Positions 17,976 to 27,783 of a stretch of 64,000 bases of DNA are shown here, piece by piece. The stretch's first letter is position 1. Every line of letters starts with the position of its first letter. A model generated the notes under the pieces. The model was not told the DNA's origin. It searched no databases and saw only the letters and a program-made list of their open reading frames with translations. A program made the position numbers and the translations under genes. The stretch comes from Candidatus Micrarchaeota archaeon (GTDB lineage Archaea > Micrarchaeota > Micrarchaeia > Micrarchaeales > CABMGC01): the NCBI GenBank assembly GCA_028866835.1, contig JAGWHJ010000001.1, forward strand, positions 4,636 to 68,635. The letters are read 5' to 3'.

Positions 17976-18500
17976 TTATGAGTATTTCCTTGCGCTTACC
18001 TGCGTTGAGAAGTTGCCAACGTATGTCTGCATCTGGGGCGGCTGGCAACTGTTCTTGTTGTTGCTCGGGCATGCTGTTACGTTGACGTAGAGGATGCCGC
18101 TTATCACCGTGCCCGTCTTTATCTGCGTGTTGAATATGACATTGCACGTTATGCCGTTGCCTTCGGCGGCAGCGGCGGGCCTGCATCCTCCGCTGTAGTT
18201 TCCGTAATTCATGATGGACACGTTTATGTTGGGGTTCAGGACAAGGTAGGATTGAGAGTTGTTGAGCTTGACGCTTACGTTAGTAAACATCGCGTTCGAG
18301 TATGCGAAGGCGCCATTGCACGTTACCCCGTAGGCGAACTGGCACTGTCTCGAAGCGAAAGAGCTCTGAGCAGTGATGTACTGGAACATGAATGCGACCA
18401 TTATGCCGACGATTATCAGGGCCCATCCGTATGTTACAAGGAACTCCATGGCCGACTGGGCCTTGGGCCCGTCATGCAATGCAAAAACGCGATGCCTCAC
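17976..18500 (-). CDS. Class III signal-peptide (archaeal pilin-like) surface protein
   Basis: KAQSAMEFLVTYGWALIIV motif; Cys pairs; many sequons. Confidence 0.8.
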   Translation of the reverse strand: MRHRVFALHDGPKAQSAMEFLVTYGWALIIVGIMVAFMFQYITAQSSFASRQCQFAYGVTCNGAFAYSNAMFTNVSVKLNNSQSYLVLNPNINVSIMNYGNYSGGCRPAAAAEGNGITCNVIFNTQIKTGTVISGILYVNVTACPSNNKNSCQPPQMQTYVGNFSTQVSARKYS

Positions 18501-18585
18501 TCATACCACGTAGTTATAACTCCGCCCAGCTTTTATATCTTTTCGTGCGAGGGAGGATTTGGTTCCAACAAAGCCAGAGACGGGA

Positions 18586-19221
18586 TCAGAAGTGCAGGGC
18601 GTACGTGTTCTTGTACACGCGCTTGCCGTTCTTGACGCCCATCAACGTGAATGACGTGACTGGATGCATCTTCGCGTGCACCATGAACTCTGATGCGACC
18701 TTCTTGCTGCTTATCTGTATGTTCACGCCGTTGCTGACAGGATCCACCCTTGCTATGAACTCGCCGTTCCTCTCCACGTATCTCCTTATCCTCTCAAGGG
18801 TGCGCTCTACGCTTCCGGTGTTGCCCCGCAGCTGGATCACGGCCTCGTGGTAGTTGCTCGCCTTCTTGAAGTCCCTGTCGCAGAGTATCTTCTTGTACGC
18901 CAGCAGAAGCTCGTGGTCTATAGCTAGAATGCCCTTCTCGCTCTCCTCCGCAACCTCCACTATGGCCCTCTCCTCGTCGTATTTGAGCAGGTGTACAGTA
19001 TATTTGCTTAGTTTGCGCACGATTATCGCTTCAAGGGCCCTGCCCTCGAAATCCGAATAGGAATCGCGCATCTTTATCCTGCCGCACCTCTTGCAGCGCT
19101 CTATCTCTATAGTCGTTGGCAGTCTGCTCCTGAGCTCCTTGCCTGCGCAGTCGTAGCAGAAATCGCCGTAGAACTTGATCTCATTGCTTGACTTGCTGCA
19201 CGTCGGGCAGTGCTTCGGCAT
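18586..19221 (-). CDS. nmd3: NMD3 family ribosome biogenesis protein
   Basis: CPTC...CYDC, CKRCGR and YHEAVIQLRG motifs. Confidence 0.88.
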   Translation of the reverse strand: MPKHCPTCSKSSNEIKFYGDFCYDCAGKELRSRLPTTIEIERCKRCGRIKMRDSYSDFEGRALEAIIVRKLSKYTVHLLKYDEERAIVEVAEESEKGILAIDHELLLAYKKILCDRDFKKASNYHEAVIQLRGNTGSVERTLERIRRYVERNGEFIARVDPVSNGVNIQISSKKVASEFMVHAKMHPVTSFTLMGVKNGKRVYKNTYALHF

Positions 19222-19225
19222 CGAA

Positions 19226-20818
19226 TCACTTCGCGTAGTGCCTGCTCAGGATCGCACCGTAGGAAGGCCTTGTCACGAACGCACCGAGAAGCGCGCCTAT
19301 TATGGTTGATTCAGAGAAGCCTATCACGCTTACCAGGGAGGTCGAGAAGAAGAGAGGCAGCATCGCAACTACCAGGAGCGCGGCGTCGGCCCAAACGATG
19401 TAGAACGCGTTACCGAGCTTGATCTTCATTGCGGTGTTGTCATTATGCTGGTAGAGCAGTTCATCTGATATTATTATCTGCGCGTCGACGCCCGTTCCTA
19501 TGACAGCTATTATTCCCGCTATAGCAGCGAGGTCTATGGTTCCTATGAGGCCGACTATGGAGAGTATTATGAACATCTCGCCCAGCGTCGTGAGCAGTAT
19601 TGGCGCTATGAGGAACAGCTTCCTGTACCTTATGACTATAACAGATGCAACTGCGATTACCGCAAGCAGCAGCGCAATTATGCTTATCCTCTCGAAGCTT
19701 GCGCCGAGAGTCGGCTGTACAACGGTGGGAACGCCGACTATCACCTGCACAGGCAGGGAACCTCCGCTGAGTATTGTGGATATCTCCTTTGCCTGCTGCG
19801 TCGCGTACGCGGTCGCCTGGTCCAGGGTCATGTTCGGAGGAGCTGCGCCGTTTATCGTGTATCCCGATGAGATGGAGCCGTTTGTTACGCCGGGGTTAAG
19901 TATGGGCGCGGATACGAGGCCTATCGCAGGCCAGCTTGATACAACAAAGGAGGTGTTGCCCACCCCGGCACCTTGTATTGGGCTGATGATTGGAGTCATG
20001 TTCGCGCGGCTCTGGTACACCAACGTGTAGTTGAGGCCGCTGAGATTTTCTGTTATGCTTGACGGCGTGTTGTTCTGGAGGAGAACCTTTGAATACCTGC
20101 CCCTGCTGCTGGCGAAGAACTTGTACAGTGTGTTCCAGTTGCTCGCAGCGGGGTTCAGCAGCTCCACCGGAATCGTCTTGTTGCCGAGGCGCGTCGCATT
20201 GTTTATCGCGCCAAGAGTTGCGGAGTTGGCTGAAATGAACTGGTTATTGTTAAGGAGGGACGTGTTCAGAAGGACGATGGTGCCTGTCGGCCTGTCCAGG
20301 AAGAAGTACAATGGCTTGTTTCCCTGGCCGAACGCGACCTTTGAGAAGTACACGGCCGCCTGCGGGTTTACATAGAAATTGACGGCCCACGTCACGCTGC
20401 GGTTTGTCTGTATCGGCTGCTGCGCCCCGATGCTTCCCGGAAGTATCGATGACCCATTGACGGCTACCCTGCCGTTAACGATTCCCTGGAATATGCCCTG
20501 GCTCTGGATTATGTTTATAGTGTTCTGGATCTCCTGCTGCGACACCGTTGCGATCTGGACGTCTACCTCTGAGGTGCCGATGGCCTCTATGGTTATCTGC
20601 TTGAGGCCGAATGTGGACAGCCTGCTCTGCAGCGTGTTGATTAGGTCGTTGAGCTGGTTGGGGTTTATCTGACCTGCAAGCGTGAGGGGTATGTTTGTTC
20701 CTCCGACGAACTCCACACCGAGGTGCAGCCCGTAAGTCGCGTCGAGTATGGAGAGCATTACGACTAGCACTATCAGGACGATTATGCTCGGATTCCTAAA
20801 GTAGTCCAGTCTTGTCAT
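19226..20818 (-). CDS. secD: Protein translocase subunit SecD (archaeal type)
   Basis: LHLGVEFVGG, RLSTFGLKQ, LSGGSLPV and IAGIIAVIGTGVDAQIII motifs; ATG 20818 overlaps the secF stop. Confidence 0.92.
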   Translation of the reverse strand: MTRLDYFRNPSIIVLIVLVVMLSILDATYGLHLGVEFVGGTNIPLTLAGQINPNQLNDLINTLQSRLSTFGLKQITIEAIGTSEVDVQIATVSQQEIQNTINIIQSQGIFQGIVNGRVAVNGSSILPGSIGAQQPIQTNRSVTWAVNFYVNPQAAVYFSKVAFGQGNKPLYFFLDRPTGTIVLLNTSLLNNNQFISANSATLGAINNATRLGNKTIPVELLNPAASNWNTLYKFFASSRGRYSKVLLQNNTPSSITENLSGLNYTLVYQSRANMTPIISPIQGAGVGNTSFVVSSWPAIGLVSAPILNPGVTNGSISSGYTINGAAPPNMTLDQATAYATQQAKEISTILSGGSLPVQVIVGVPTVVQPTLGASFERISIIALLLAVIAVASVIVIRYRKLFLIAPILLTTLGEMFIILSIVGLIGTIDLAAIAGIIAVIGTGVDAQIIISDELLYQHNDNTAMKIKLGNAFYIVWADAALLVVAMLPLFFSTSLVSVIGFSESTIIGALLGAFVTRPSYGAILSRHYAK

Positions 20819-21966
20819 TTTCTCTCCTTCCTCTTCATGTACAGAAGTATCATCGATGCGTTTCCGAACCATGTGGTGAACACGTCGCCTATGAGGCCGA
20901 ACAGCACAACTCCAGATATCTCGTAGTAGGTCGGCACGTAGGCCACCAGGGACACTATGAAGAGCACCGCGAATGAGACGATCGCTGTCATCGTCATTGT
21001 AAGGCCGGTCTTCATGGACGAATATGCGCGTTCCTCGGGGGTTCCCTCGTGCCTCTTTATTATCCTTATGGCGGTCAGCACATCCGTGTCAATGGAGTAT
21101 CCGAGGAGCATGAGCAGGCCGCCGATGCTCGCGATGCCGAGCGGTATCTTGAACAGGGCCATCGCCCCTAGTGCTACTATTATGTCGTTGCCTGCGCCGA
21201 AGATGACTGCAAGGGAGGGCACAAGCGTCCTGAAGATTATGAACACCACAACAGAGATGAGTATGAAGGCGATTATGATTATGTACTCCAGCTGGCCAAG
21301 GAAGTAGGAGCTCTGCTGCACCGTCACTTCCTGATAGGAGTATGACGTGAACGGCACTATTGTGCGCAGCGCGTTGATCGTGTCATTCTTGTACTTGGCG
21401 GTGGCATTTGTGTACTCGTTATATGCAGAGGAAGACATGCGGTTGGGAGTGCTTGTATTCCCTTCCGTTATGCCGAACGGCTTAAGTGCAGCGGTCTCGG
21501 CCGCAAGGCTTGCCGTCATTCCCGTTATGGACTGGTTCACGCCGTTTGATGCGTTTACAAGAAGCCCCTGGAGGACGGTGTTGCCAGGGTCTGTCGCTAG
21601 CGCGCCCCTTATTCCAGTCTCATTGAGGAAGTAAGCGTTGTAAGTGCTGTTGAAGGAGTAGAATTTTATCAGTTCGTCGTATGCCTGCGAGAGGCTCTTG
21701 TTCGATGCTATCGTTATCTGCAGGCCGGTAGGGCTTGACTGCACGGAGGAACTTTCAGCCGGGATCCTTGCTGCAAGCTGGCTGGCTATCTGGCTCGGAG
21801 ACATCGTCGTGTTGCTCTGGAGCACTATGCTGGCACCGCCGCTGAGCGAGAAGTCCAGCGTCAGGTTTGTGCTTAGGTAGAGGCTTATGACCATGAGCAG
21901 TAGTGGCACTAGCATCAGGAATTTCAGCCTTCTAGATGTGTATATATTCGGTAGTTTCAAAGCCAT
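20815..21966 (-). CDS. secF: Protein translocase subunit SecF (archaeal type)
   Basis: DFSLSGG, GGLLMLLGYSIDTDVL, KTGLTMT.T and GLIGD..TTW..NA motifs. Confidence 0.93.
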   Translation of the reverse strand: MALKLPNIYTSRRLKFLMLVPLLLMVISLYLSTNLTLDFSLSGGASIVLQSNTTMSPSQIASQLAARIPAESSSVQSSPTGLQITIASNKSLSQAYDELIKFYSFNSTYNAYFLNETGIRGALATDPGNTVLQGLLVNASNGVNQSITGMTASLAAETAALKPFGITEGNTSTPNRMSSSAYNEYTNATAKYKNDTINALRTIVPFTSYSYQEVTVQQSSYFLGQLEYIIIIAFILISVVVFIIFRTLVPSLAVIFGAGNDIIVALGAMALFKIPLGIASIGGLLMLLGYSIDTDVLTAIRIIKRHEGTPEERAYSSMKTGLTMTMTAIVSFAVLFIVSLVAYVPTYYEISGVVLFGLIGDVFTTWFGNASMILLYMKRKERK

Positions 21967-22002
21967 CTGACCAACCGTAGCTGATGAATGGAAGCTGCTG
22001 CT

Positions 22003-22284
22003 TCAGCCGTACTTCTTCATGAACTTGAGGTGCAGGGAAGTTACCATGCCGTATATTACCAGCATAACAGCAAGCAGCAGGCCTGCTATCCCAAGAAAGA
22101 CCGTGGGCGTGAGGTTTATGTCCCCGTAAGAGAGCAGTATGATGCTTATCACCGTTATGTATATGGCCCAGTATGATGTCTGGAAGAGCATCCATCCGTG
22201 ATGCCTCTCCCTGTAATGGAGCATGCGCTCCATGTACATTTTTGGGTCCAATACCATTACGTTGTCATCCTTTGATTTAGGCAT
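22003..22284 (-). CDS. Small two-TM hypothetical membrane protein
   Basis: Two hydrophobic segments; co-oriented upstream of secF. Confidence 0.6.
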   Translation of the reverse strand: MPKSKDDNVMVLDPKMYMERMLHYRERHHGWMLFQTSYWAIYITVISIILLSYGDINLTPTVFLGIAGLLLAVMLVIYGMVTSLHLKFMKKYG

Positions 22285-22417
22285 TAAAACACTGATTTGA
22301 TATTTCATTAAGTTACTTTATAATCCTTTCCTTATCCCCGTTCCTGAAGGAGTGCCGCAGACGTAAAACGCAAAAGCACATTTATATATCAGGCAAGTCC
22401 CCACTTTGATCGGTTAT

Positions 22418-22870
22418 ATGGAATTTAGACAGCATGCAAGAAGGAGGATTGTCAATGCGAGCATGGTCGTGGCTGGAGAAGCTGCATTGCAGTACCTCAA
22501 GATACGTGAAGACGACATTAACCAAAAAGGCGTGGCACTTAAAAGGGGGGTGTTAGTTGCCGTAGCTGCGATTGATTTATTGAAACAGATAGGTTACAAT
22601 CGACTTAGGGAGGGTTTGGATAATCCAAAGCAGCAGACTTATCTTGACTTGGGGAAAGATGCGGTCGAGATCGGAGATGGAATAGCGGTTACAATGAGAG
22701 GCATTACGAAGGGATCGAAACTGCAAACGGGAATTGGGGTTCAGAGGGTTGTAGCTGGCAATTTAAATGCATATATGAATCTAAGGCGGCTTGGGGGCAT
22801 AAGGCTTGGTGAGGAATTAGAAGAGATGCTAAGAGATAGAGTTCACAAACATGGTGGAATACGGCTCTGA
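22418..22870 (+). CDS. Hypothetical protein (AT-rich orphan)
   Basis: ~150-aa ORF with TTTATATA upstream; converges on the tRNA-Leu 3' end. Confidence 0.55.
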   Translation: MEFRQHARRRIVNASMVVAGEAALQYLKIREDDINQKGVALKRGVLVAVAAIDLLKQIGYNRLREGLDNPKQQTYLDLGKDAVEIGDGIAVTMRGITKGSKLQTGIGVQRVVAGNLNAYMNLRRLGGIRLGEELEEMLRDRVHKHGGIRL

Positions 22871-22903
22871 GAATCTTTTTCTGAAAAAGCCAAATAAGCA
22901 GAT

Positions 22904-22993
22904 TGGTGCAGGGGGAGAGATTTGAACTCTCGCATCCACTAAAGGAAGCGGGCCCTGAACCCGTCGCGTTTGACCAAGCTCCGCCACCCCTGC
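22904..22993 (-). tRNA. tRNA-Leu(CAG) with encoded CCA
   Basis: Reverse complement GCAGGGG-TGGCGGAGCTTGGTCAAACGCG-ACGGG TT CAG GG CCCGC-long variable arm-GAGAG TTCAAAT CTCTC-CCCCTGC-A-CCA. Confidence 0.95.
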
Positions 22994-23054
22994 GCGTTGC
23001 AGTGTAATACTTAATAATGTAGATATAAATAGATGAGTTGTAGCTGGTGTTTCG

Positions 23055-24224
23055 ATGCTCATAGGCATAGTCGGCGCTCCGAACAAGGGCAAATCAACGA
23101 TATTCTCAGCGCTAACCCTTGTAGAAGCTGAGATAGCGGACTATCCTTTCACAACTATAGATCCGAACATAGGCGTGGCTTACGCAACAAGGCCATGCGT
23201 TGACAGGGAACTTGGTGTAAAATGCAAGCCGAGGAACTCGCTATGCGTGAATGGAATTAGACACATTCCAATAAACGTCATAGACGTTGCAGGCCTCGTG
23301 CCAGGCGCACACCTTGGCAAGGGCAGGGGGAACCAATTCCTCAACGACCTCATGAATGCGGACGCCATAGTGCAAGTGGTGGACATAAGCGGCAAAACGG
23401 ATATCTCCGGCAGCAGGGCGTCTTACAGCGACCCTTACGAGGAGGTGAGGATGGTGCGCGATGAGATGTCAAGATGGCTTGGCGGCATAATACTGAAGCA
23501 TTCAGGTACACTTGCAAGGAGGCCCGATGGGGACAAGGCGCTTGAGGAGTTCCTCTCGGGATTCAAGGTTACTCTTGACCACATACAGAAAGCCGCTTCT
23601 GAGAGATCCCTGGTGCTTTCGAACATAAAGTGGGGGGAGAAGGAGGCGAACAAATTCGCGGAATCGCTTCTTAGGATAAGCAAGCCGATGATCATTGCTG
23701 CTAACAAGCTCGACCAGGCAAAACCCGAGGATGTCGATAAACTAAGGAAAAGGCTTGATGGGATCATTGTCATAGGCTGCTCCGGGGCGATAGAGCTCAC
23801 GTTAAGGAAGGCGGCTAAGTCAGGAGCAATAAGCTACGTTCCAGGATCGGCAGAATTCGTGACTGGCGAGGGCATAAGCCAAGAGCAGAGCAGGGCCCTG
23901 TCGTATGTCTCGGGATACATCAAGGCGCACGGAGGCACGGGGATACAGGAGCTGCTCAACACTGCCGTGTTCTCGGTGCTCATGAACATAGTCGTATATC
24001 CTGTCGAGGACGAGAACAAGTACTCGGACCATTTCGGCAACATACTCCCCGACGCCGTACTGATGCAGGACGGCTCGACAGCGCAAGATCTTGCCGCGCG
24101 CATACACACGGACATTGCGAAGGGGATGAAGTATGCGATAGACGCCAGGACGAAGCTCAGGCTGCAGAAGACCTACCAGCTGAAGGACAACGACGTGATA
24201 AAGATAGTTACCACTGCAAAATGA
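23055..24224 (+). CDS. ychF: Obg-family ATPase/GTPase YchF with a TGS domain
   Basis: GAPNKGKST, DYPFTTIDPN, DVAGLVPGAH.GKG.GNQFL and ANKLD motifs; C-terminal TGS (IHTDI). Confidence 0.94.
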   Translation: MLIGIVGAPNKGKSTIFSALTLVEAEIADYPFTTIDPNIGVAYATRPCVDRELGVKCKPRNSLCVNGIRHIPINVIDVAGLVPGAHLGKGRGNQFLNDLMNADAIVQVVDISGKTDISGSRASYSDPYEEVRMVRDEMSRWLGGIILKHSGTLARRPDGDKALEEFLSGFKVTLDHIQKAASERSLVLSNIKWGEKEANKFAESLLRISKPMIIAANKLDQAKPEDVDKLRKRLDGIIVIGCSGAIELTLRKAAKSGAISYVPGSAEFVTGEGISQEQSRALSYVSGYIKAHGGTGIQELLNTAVFSVLMNIVVYPVEDENKYSDHFGNILPDAVLMQDGSTAQDLAARIHTDIAKGMKYAIDARTKLRLQKTYQLKDNDVIKIVTTAK

Positions 24225-24227
24225 GTG

Positions 24228-24737
24228 TCACTGGTTCATCTTCCTTGCATTGGACAGCATCGCAAAGACCACAGAGACGAACAGGACGATTATCACAGGC
24301 GCGAATATCCATCCCGCTATTATCGTGCCCAGGGACAGTACCGTGGATGGGAAGGAGTAGTTCACCACCTCGTAGACGACTATTATGGCAACGAAGTATA
24401 TCGCTGCGGCGTAGGCGCTGTGGAGTATGCTGCTCCTGACCGCTATCCTCATGTTCTTCGCACGCACGCCGACCTCTGCGCCTATTATGGCGCCAGCTAT
24501 AAGAGGCAGTACGATGAAGCCGGGTGTCGAAAGCACGAACTTCGAATAAGCGCTTAGAAGGTAATAAAGGGGAGGGACCTGCTGGAGGGAATTCTGGTTC
24601 ACGAGAACTATTTTCACGACAAGGCCAAGGAACAGAAGCAGAAGCCAGAAGAACATGGGCTCGTACAGGCTTACCGCGCCGAGGTCTTCGGCCTCCTTTT
24701 TCTCGGCCTTTTCTTTTTCCGGCTTATCCCTTTCCAT
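24228..24737 (-). CDS. Hypothetical membrane protein (~4 TM)
   Basis: Hydrophobic helices; coding-like composition. Confidence 0.65.
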   Translation of the reverse strand: MERDKPEKEKAEKKEAEDLGAVSLYEPMFFWLLLLFLGLVVKIVLVNQNSLQQVPPLYYLLSAYSKFVLSTPGFIVLPLIAGAIIGAEVGVRAKNMRIAVRSSILHSAYAAAIYFVAIIVVYEVVNYSFPSTVLSLGTIIAGWIFAPVIIVLFVSVVFAMLSNARKMNQ

Positions 24738-24789
24738 ACCTTTCTTTATGTAACGTATCTTTAAATACTTTGATGGGCATGTATCGGAA

Positions 24790-26016
24790 ATGTCTGATTC
24801 TATGCAAAAGGATTACGATGACATAGCGGCCATGATAGAATCCTCGAGGGGGGAGATGGTAAAGACGCTGTCGGATATGATAGCGATACCTGCCATTTCA
24901 CCCAAGAGCGGAGGCGCCGGCGAAGGGAAGAGGGCCGACTTCCTGAGCGCACTGCTAAAGAACTGGGGCTTTGACGCAAAGAGATACGAGTACACGGATG
25001 ATTCCGGGGTTAAAAGGCCGAGCCTGGTGCTCAGCTGCGGAAGCGAGGAGCGCACAGTATGGATCATAGGGCACATGGATACCGTTGCAGTTGGCGATCC
25101 GGGCCTGTGGAAAACGGATCCGTTCAAGGCGCACGTCGAGGACGGCAAGGTGTACGGGAGGGGCGCCACCGATGACGGCCACGGGATCTTGTGCAGCCTT
25201 TACGCGCTTCATGCGCTGAAGAGCTCTGGCATCAAGCTCAGGTACAACTTCGGCCTGGTGCTCGCCGCCGATGAGGAGATAGGGAGCAGGTTCGGCATGG
25301 CAAAACTAATGTCCGAAGGCATATTCAAGAAGGATGACATGTTCGTGGTTCCTGACTTCTGGTCGAAGGACGGGGACGAGATAGAGATAGGCGAGAAGGG
25401 CCTGCTCTGGATCAGGATAACGGTAAAGGGCAAGCAGGTGCATGCGAGCACGCCGGAAGCCGGAAAGAACGCGTACAGATTTGCCGCCATGTTCGTCATG
25501 GAGGTGGACAAGCACCTGCATTCCAAGTACGATGCGAAAGACCCGCTCTTCGACCCGAGCTACTCGACATTCGAGATGACCAAGCACGAGAAGAACGTTG
25601 ACAGCGTGAACATAATACCTGGGGTGGACGTCTCCTACATAGACTGCAGGATACTTCCCAGATACAAAATTGACGAAATAATTGCCGATGTAAGGTCCAT
25701 AGCGAAGAGGGACGAATTTTCAGGCGTGCAGATAGAGGTGGAACAGTTTGCAAGGGAGGACCCGGCGATGGCGACCAGCGCGGATGCGGAGGTAGTGAGA
25801 CTGCTCGAGGATTCCATATTCAAGCTGAGGCACATGAGGCCAAAGAAGATAGGCATCGGCGGGAACACCGTCGCGCTCTTTCCAAGGAAGCTGGGCATGC
25901 AGGCGGTTGCGTGGTCCACAGGTGACGACATTGCGCACCAGCCCAACGAGTACGTAGTGATAGACAATCTTGTCGAGGATACAAAGGTGCTGGCGCACCT
26001 CTTCTTCAGCGACTGA
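24790..26016 (+). CDS. M20 family metallo-hydrolase (DapE/ArgE-like)
   Basis: GHMDTV, YGRGATDD, ADEE, GKQVHAS and AHQPNEY motifs. Confidence 0.92.
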   Translation: MSDSMQKDYDDIAAMIESSRGEMVKTLSDMIAIPAISPKSGGAGEGKRADFLSALLKNWGFDAKRYEYTDDSGVKRPSLVLSCGSEERTVWIIGHMDTVAVGDPGLWKTDPFKAHVEDGKVYGRGATDDGHGILCSLYALHALKSSGIKLRYNFGLVLAADEEIGSRFGMAKLMSEGIFKKDDMFVVPDFWSKDGDEIEIGEKGLLWIRITVKGKQVHASTPEAGKNAYRFAAMFVMEVDKHLHSKYDAKDPLFDPSYSTFEMTKHEKNVDSVNIIPGVDVSYIDCRILPRYKIDEIIADVRSIAKRDEFSGVQIEVEQFAREDPAMATSADAEVVRLLEDSIFKLRHMRPKKIGIGGNTVALFPRKLGMQAVAWSTGDDIAHQPNEYVVIDNLVEDTKVLAHLFFSD

Positions 26017-26692
26017 AAGCGTTAACGATTATTGCCTTCAGGATTATGTAGCCGTCGCGGAAGGTCCTGAGCTTCCCCTCTCCGGCATTCCTCTTCTTCT
26101 CCGTGCTTGGGACTTCTATGACCTTCAGTCCCTTCTTGACTGCCTTTATGTTTATCTCCGTCTCTATCCCGAAACCCTTCTCCTTCAGGTTGAGCTTTGG
26201 TATTATCCTGCGGTTGAAGCTCCTGTACCCATAGCAGATGTCGGTGTAATGCGCCCCGAAAAGCAGGTTGACGAGCATCACGAAGAACTTGTTCCCGAGT
26301 ATTCTCACGAAAGTCATGTCTTCGGTGCTGCCTCCTGCGATAAATCGCGAGCCTGTGCATAGGTCATAGCCTATCGCTATGCTGTTCACAAGCAGCGTGA
26401 GTTCCTTCGGCTCATGCGAGAGGTCGGCATCCATGGATATCACTATCTCGCCATTTGCGGCGTGGAGCCCCTTTATCAGCGCGGAGCCCTTGCCCTGGTT
26501 ATCGTAAAGTATGCGTGCGCCATGCTTTTTAGCCAATTCAACGGTGTCGTCGGTAGAATGGCCGTCTACCACTATTATCTCGATGTTATTGCCCTTGAGG
26601 ACCCTGCGGACTCCCTGGAGCACCTTGCCGATGTTCTTGCCTTCGTTAAGCGTAGGTATGACTACTGAAACGCCCACTTTTTGTCCTCCCAT
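26006..26692 (-). CDS. GT2 glycosyltransferase (dolichol-phosphate sugar synthase-like)
   Basis: VVIPTLNE, VDGHSTDDT, GKGSAL, MDADLSH and GSRF motifs. Confidence 0.92.
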   Translation of the reverse strand: MGGQKVGVSVVIPTLNEGKNIGKVLQGVRRVLKGNNIEIIVVDGHSTDDTVELAKKHGARILYDNQGKGSALIKGLHAANGEIVISMDADLSHEPKELTLLVNSIAIGYDLCTGSRFIAGGSTEDMTFVRILGNKFFVMLVNLLFGAHYTDICYGYRSFNRRIIPKLNLKEKGFGIETEINIKAVKKGLKVIEVPSTEKKRNAGEGKLRTFRDGYIILKAIIVNAFSR

Positions 26693-26799
26693 CTACACCG
26701 CCCAAAAGCGATAAAATTAGGCTGCCTGCAATTATAAATCCTTCTTGTAAACCGTACTCAGTGATGCCAATCGCACGCATTATGAATTGCAACGAACTT

Positions 26800-27630
26800 T
26801 CATGACCGGGTGAGTTCCTTATAACTTGCAATCCTGCCGGCTATAGCAGCTTCCCTGTCGCCTTCCACCATTTGCATTATCCTTTCGTGAACGACCGATT
26901 CAGGTGTGGTTATGGCGTCGACCAGCAGGCGCTCCGGCTGCATGCCGCTACCGATCAGATACATCGCCATTAGCCTTGTGCCGACATTATGCAGGCTGGC
27001 AGGCGTTCCTGTCAGATAATCAGATGAATCGTACTTTACTTTCTCATCATGAATTGGCGTAATGTCTAATCCGAGATGTCTTGCAAGACCGTTGCGGAGG
27101 TCTATGTAATGCCCGTATGTGTATGACATGCTCCGATACCACTTATCAAACAATCTTACCACATTGGCAACCATATCGTCGTCCCCGAGTTTTCGGGAAA
27201 TGAAAATTGCTGCAAATAATTCGGCTGTGCCTTCCTCGACAGGGGTCGTGCCCGATCTTCCCTGATACCATTCGTAAAACATTCCAGGGACGCTATTGAA
27301 GTTTACGTGGTGGCCGTTCTCATGGAGGGCGATAGCTTGCAACATATGCATGGGAGCATGGAGATTTATGCACAGCGTGGTGTTATCGTAATCATAATAC
27401 CCACCATAATAACCTGGTGCATAAAAAGTGGATATGCCAGGCATGAGGACGCGCCTGCCGCTGATTTCAGCGAAGTAGTCAAGGCTGCCTTGCACAGTGT
27501 GCGCTAGTATGTCCTCTATTAAAGGTGATGCGAGTTTTTTGCCTATACGCTTGCCATGCTCCTTGATGAATGTCATGGCAGGTGGTCCTTGCTCCGTAGG
27601 TGCCTGGTCGTTCCTAAATCTCAGCCTCAT
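26800..27630 (-). CDS. Putative gluzincin metallopeptidase (orphan)
   Basis: HENGH zinc motif with downstream EEGTAE third ligand; GGYY strand upstream. Confidence 0.65.
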   Translation of the reverse strand: MRLRFRNDQAPTEQGPPAMTFIKEHGKRIGKKLASPLIEDILAHTVQGSLDYFAEISGRRVLMPGISTFYAPGYYGGYYDYDNTTLCINLHAPMHMLQAIALHENGHHVNFNSVPGMFYEWYQGRSGTTPVEEGTAELFAAIFISRKLGDDDMVANVVRLFDKWYRSMSYTYGHYIDLRNGLARHLGLDITPIHDEKVKYDSSDYLTGTPASLHNVGTRLMAMYLIGSGMQPERLLVDAITTPESVVHERIMQMVEGDREAAIAGRIASYKELTRS

Positions 27631-27783
27631 GAAAATGCACTTTTGGAAGAAACTGGTTACTCTAAGCCAGCGTATATGAAAAGATGGTTATTTTTGATAT
27701 TTAAAAGTAACGAAACGGGACATTCCCGCCTAATCAGCAATATATATTAATCTGGCAATGCCCATTATTGTGCGGTATAATTC

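Noticed and set aside
22418..22993. Integration remnant at the tRNA-Leu 3' end
   Set aside because: Only one orphan ORF; no att duplication or recombinase seen.
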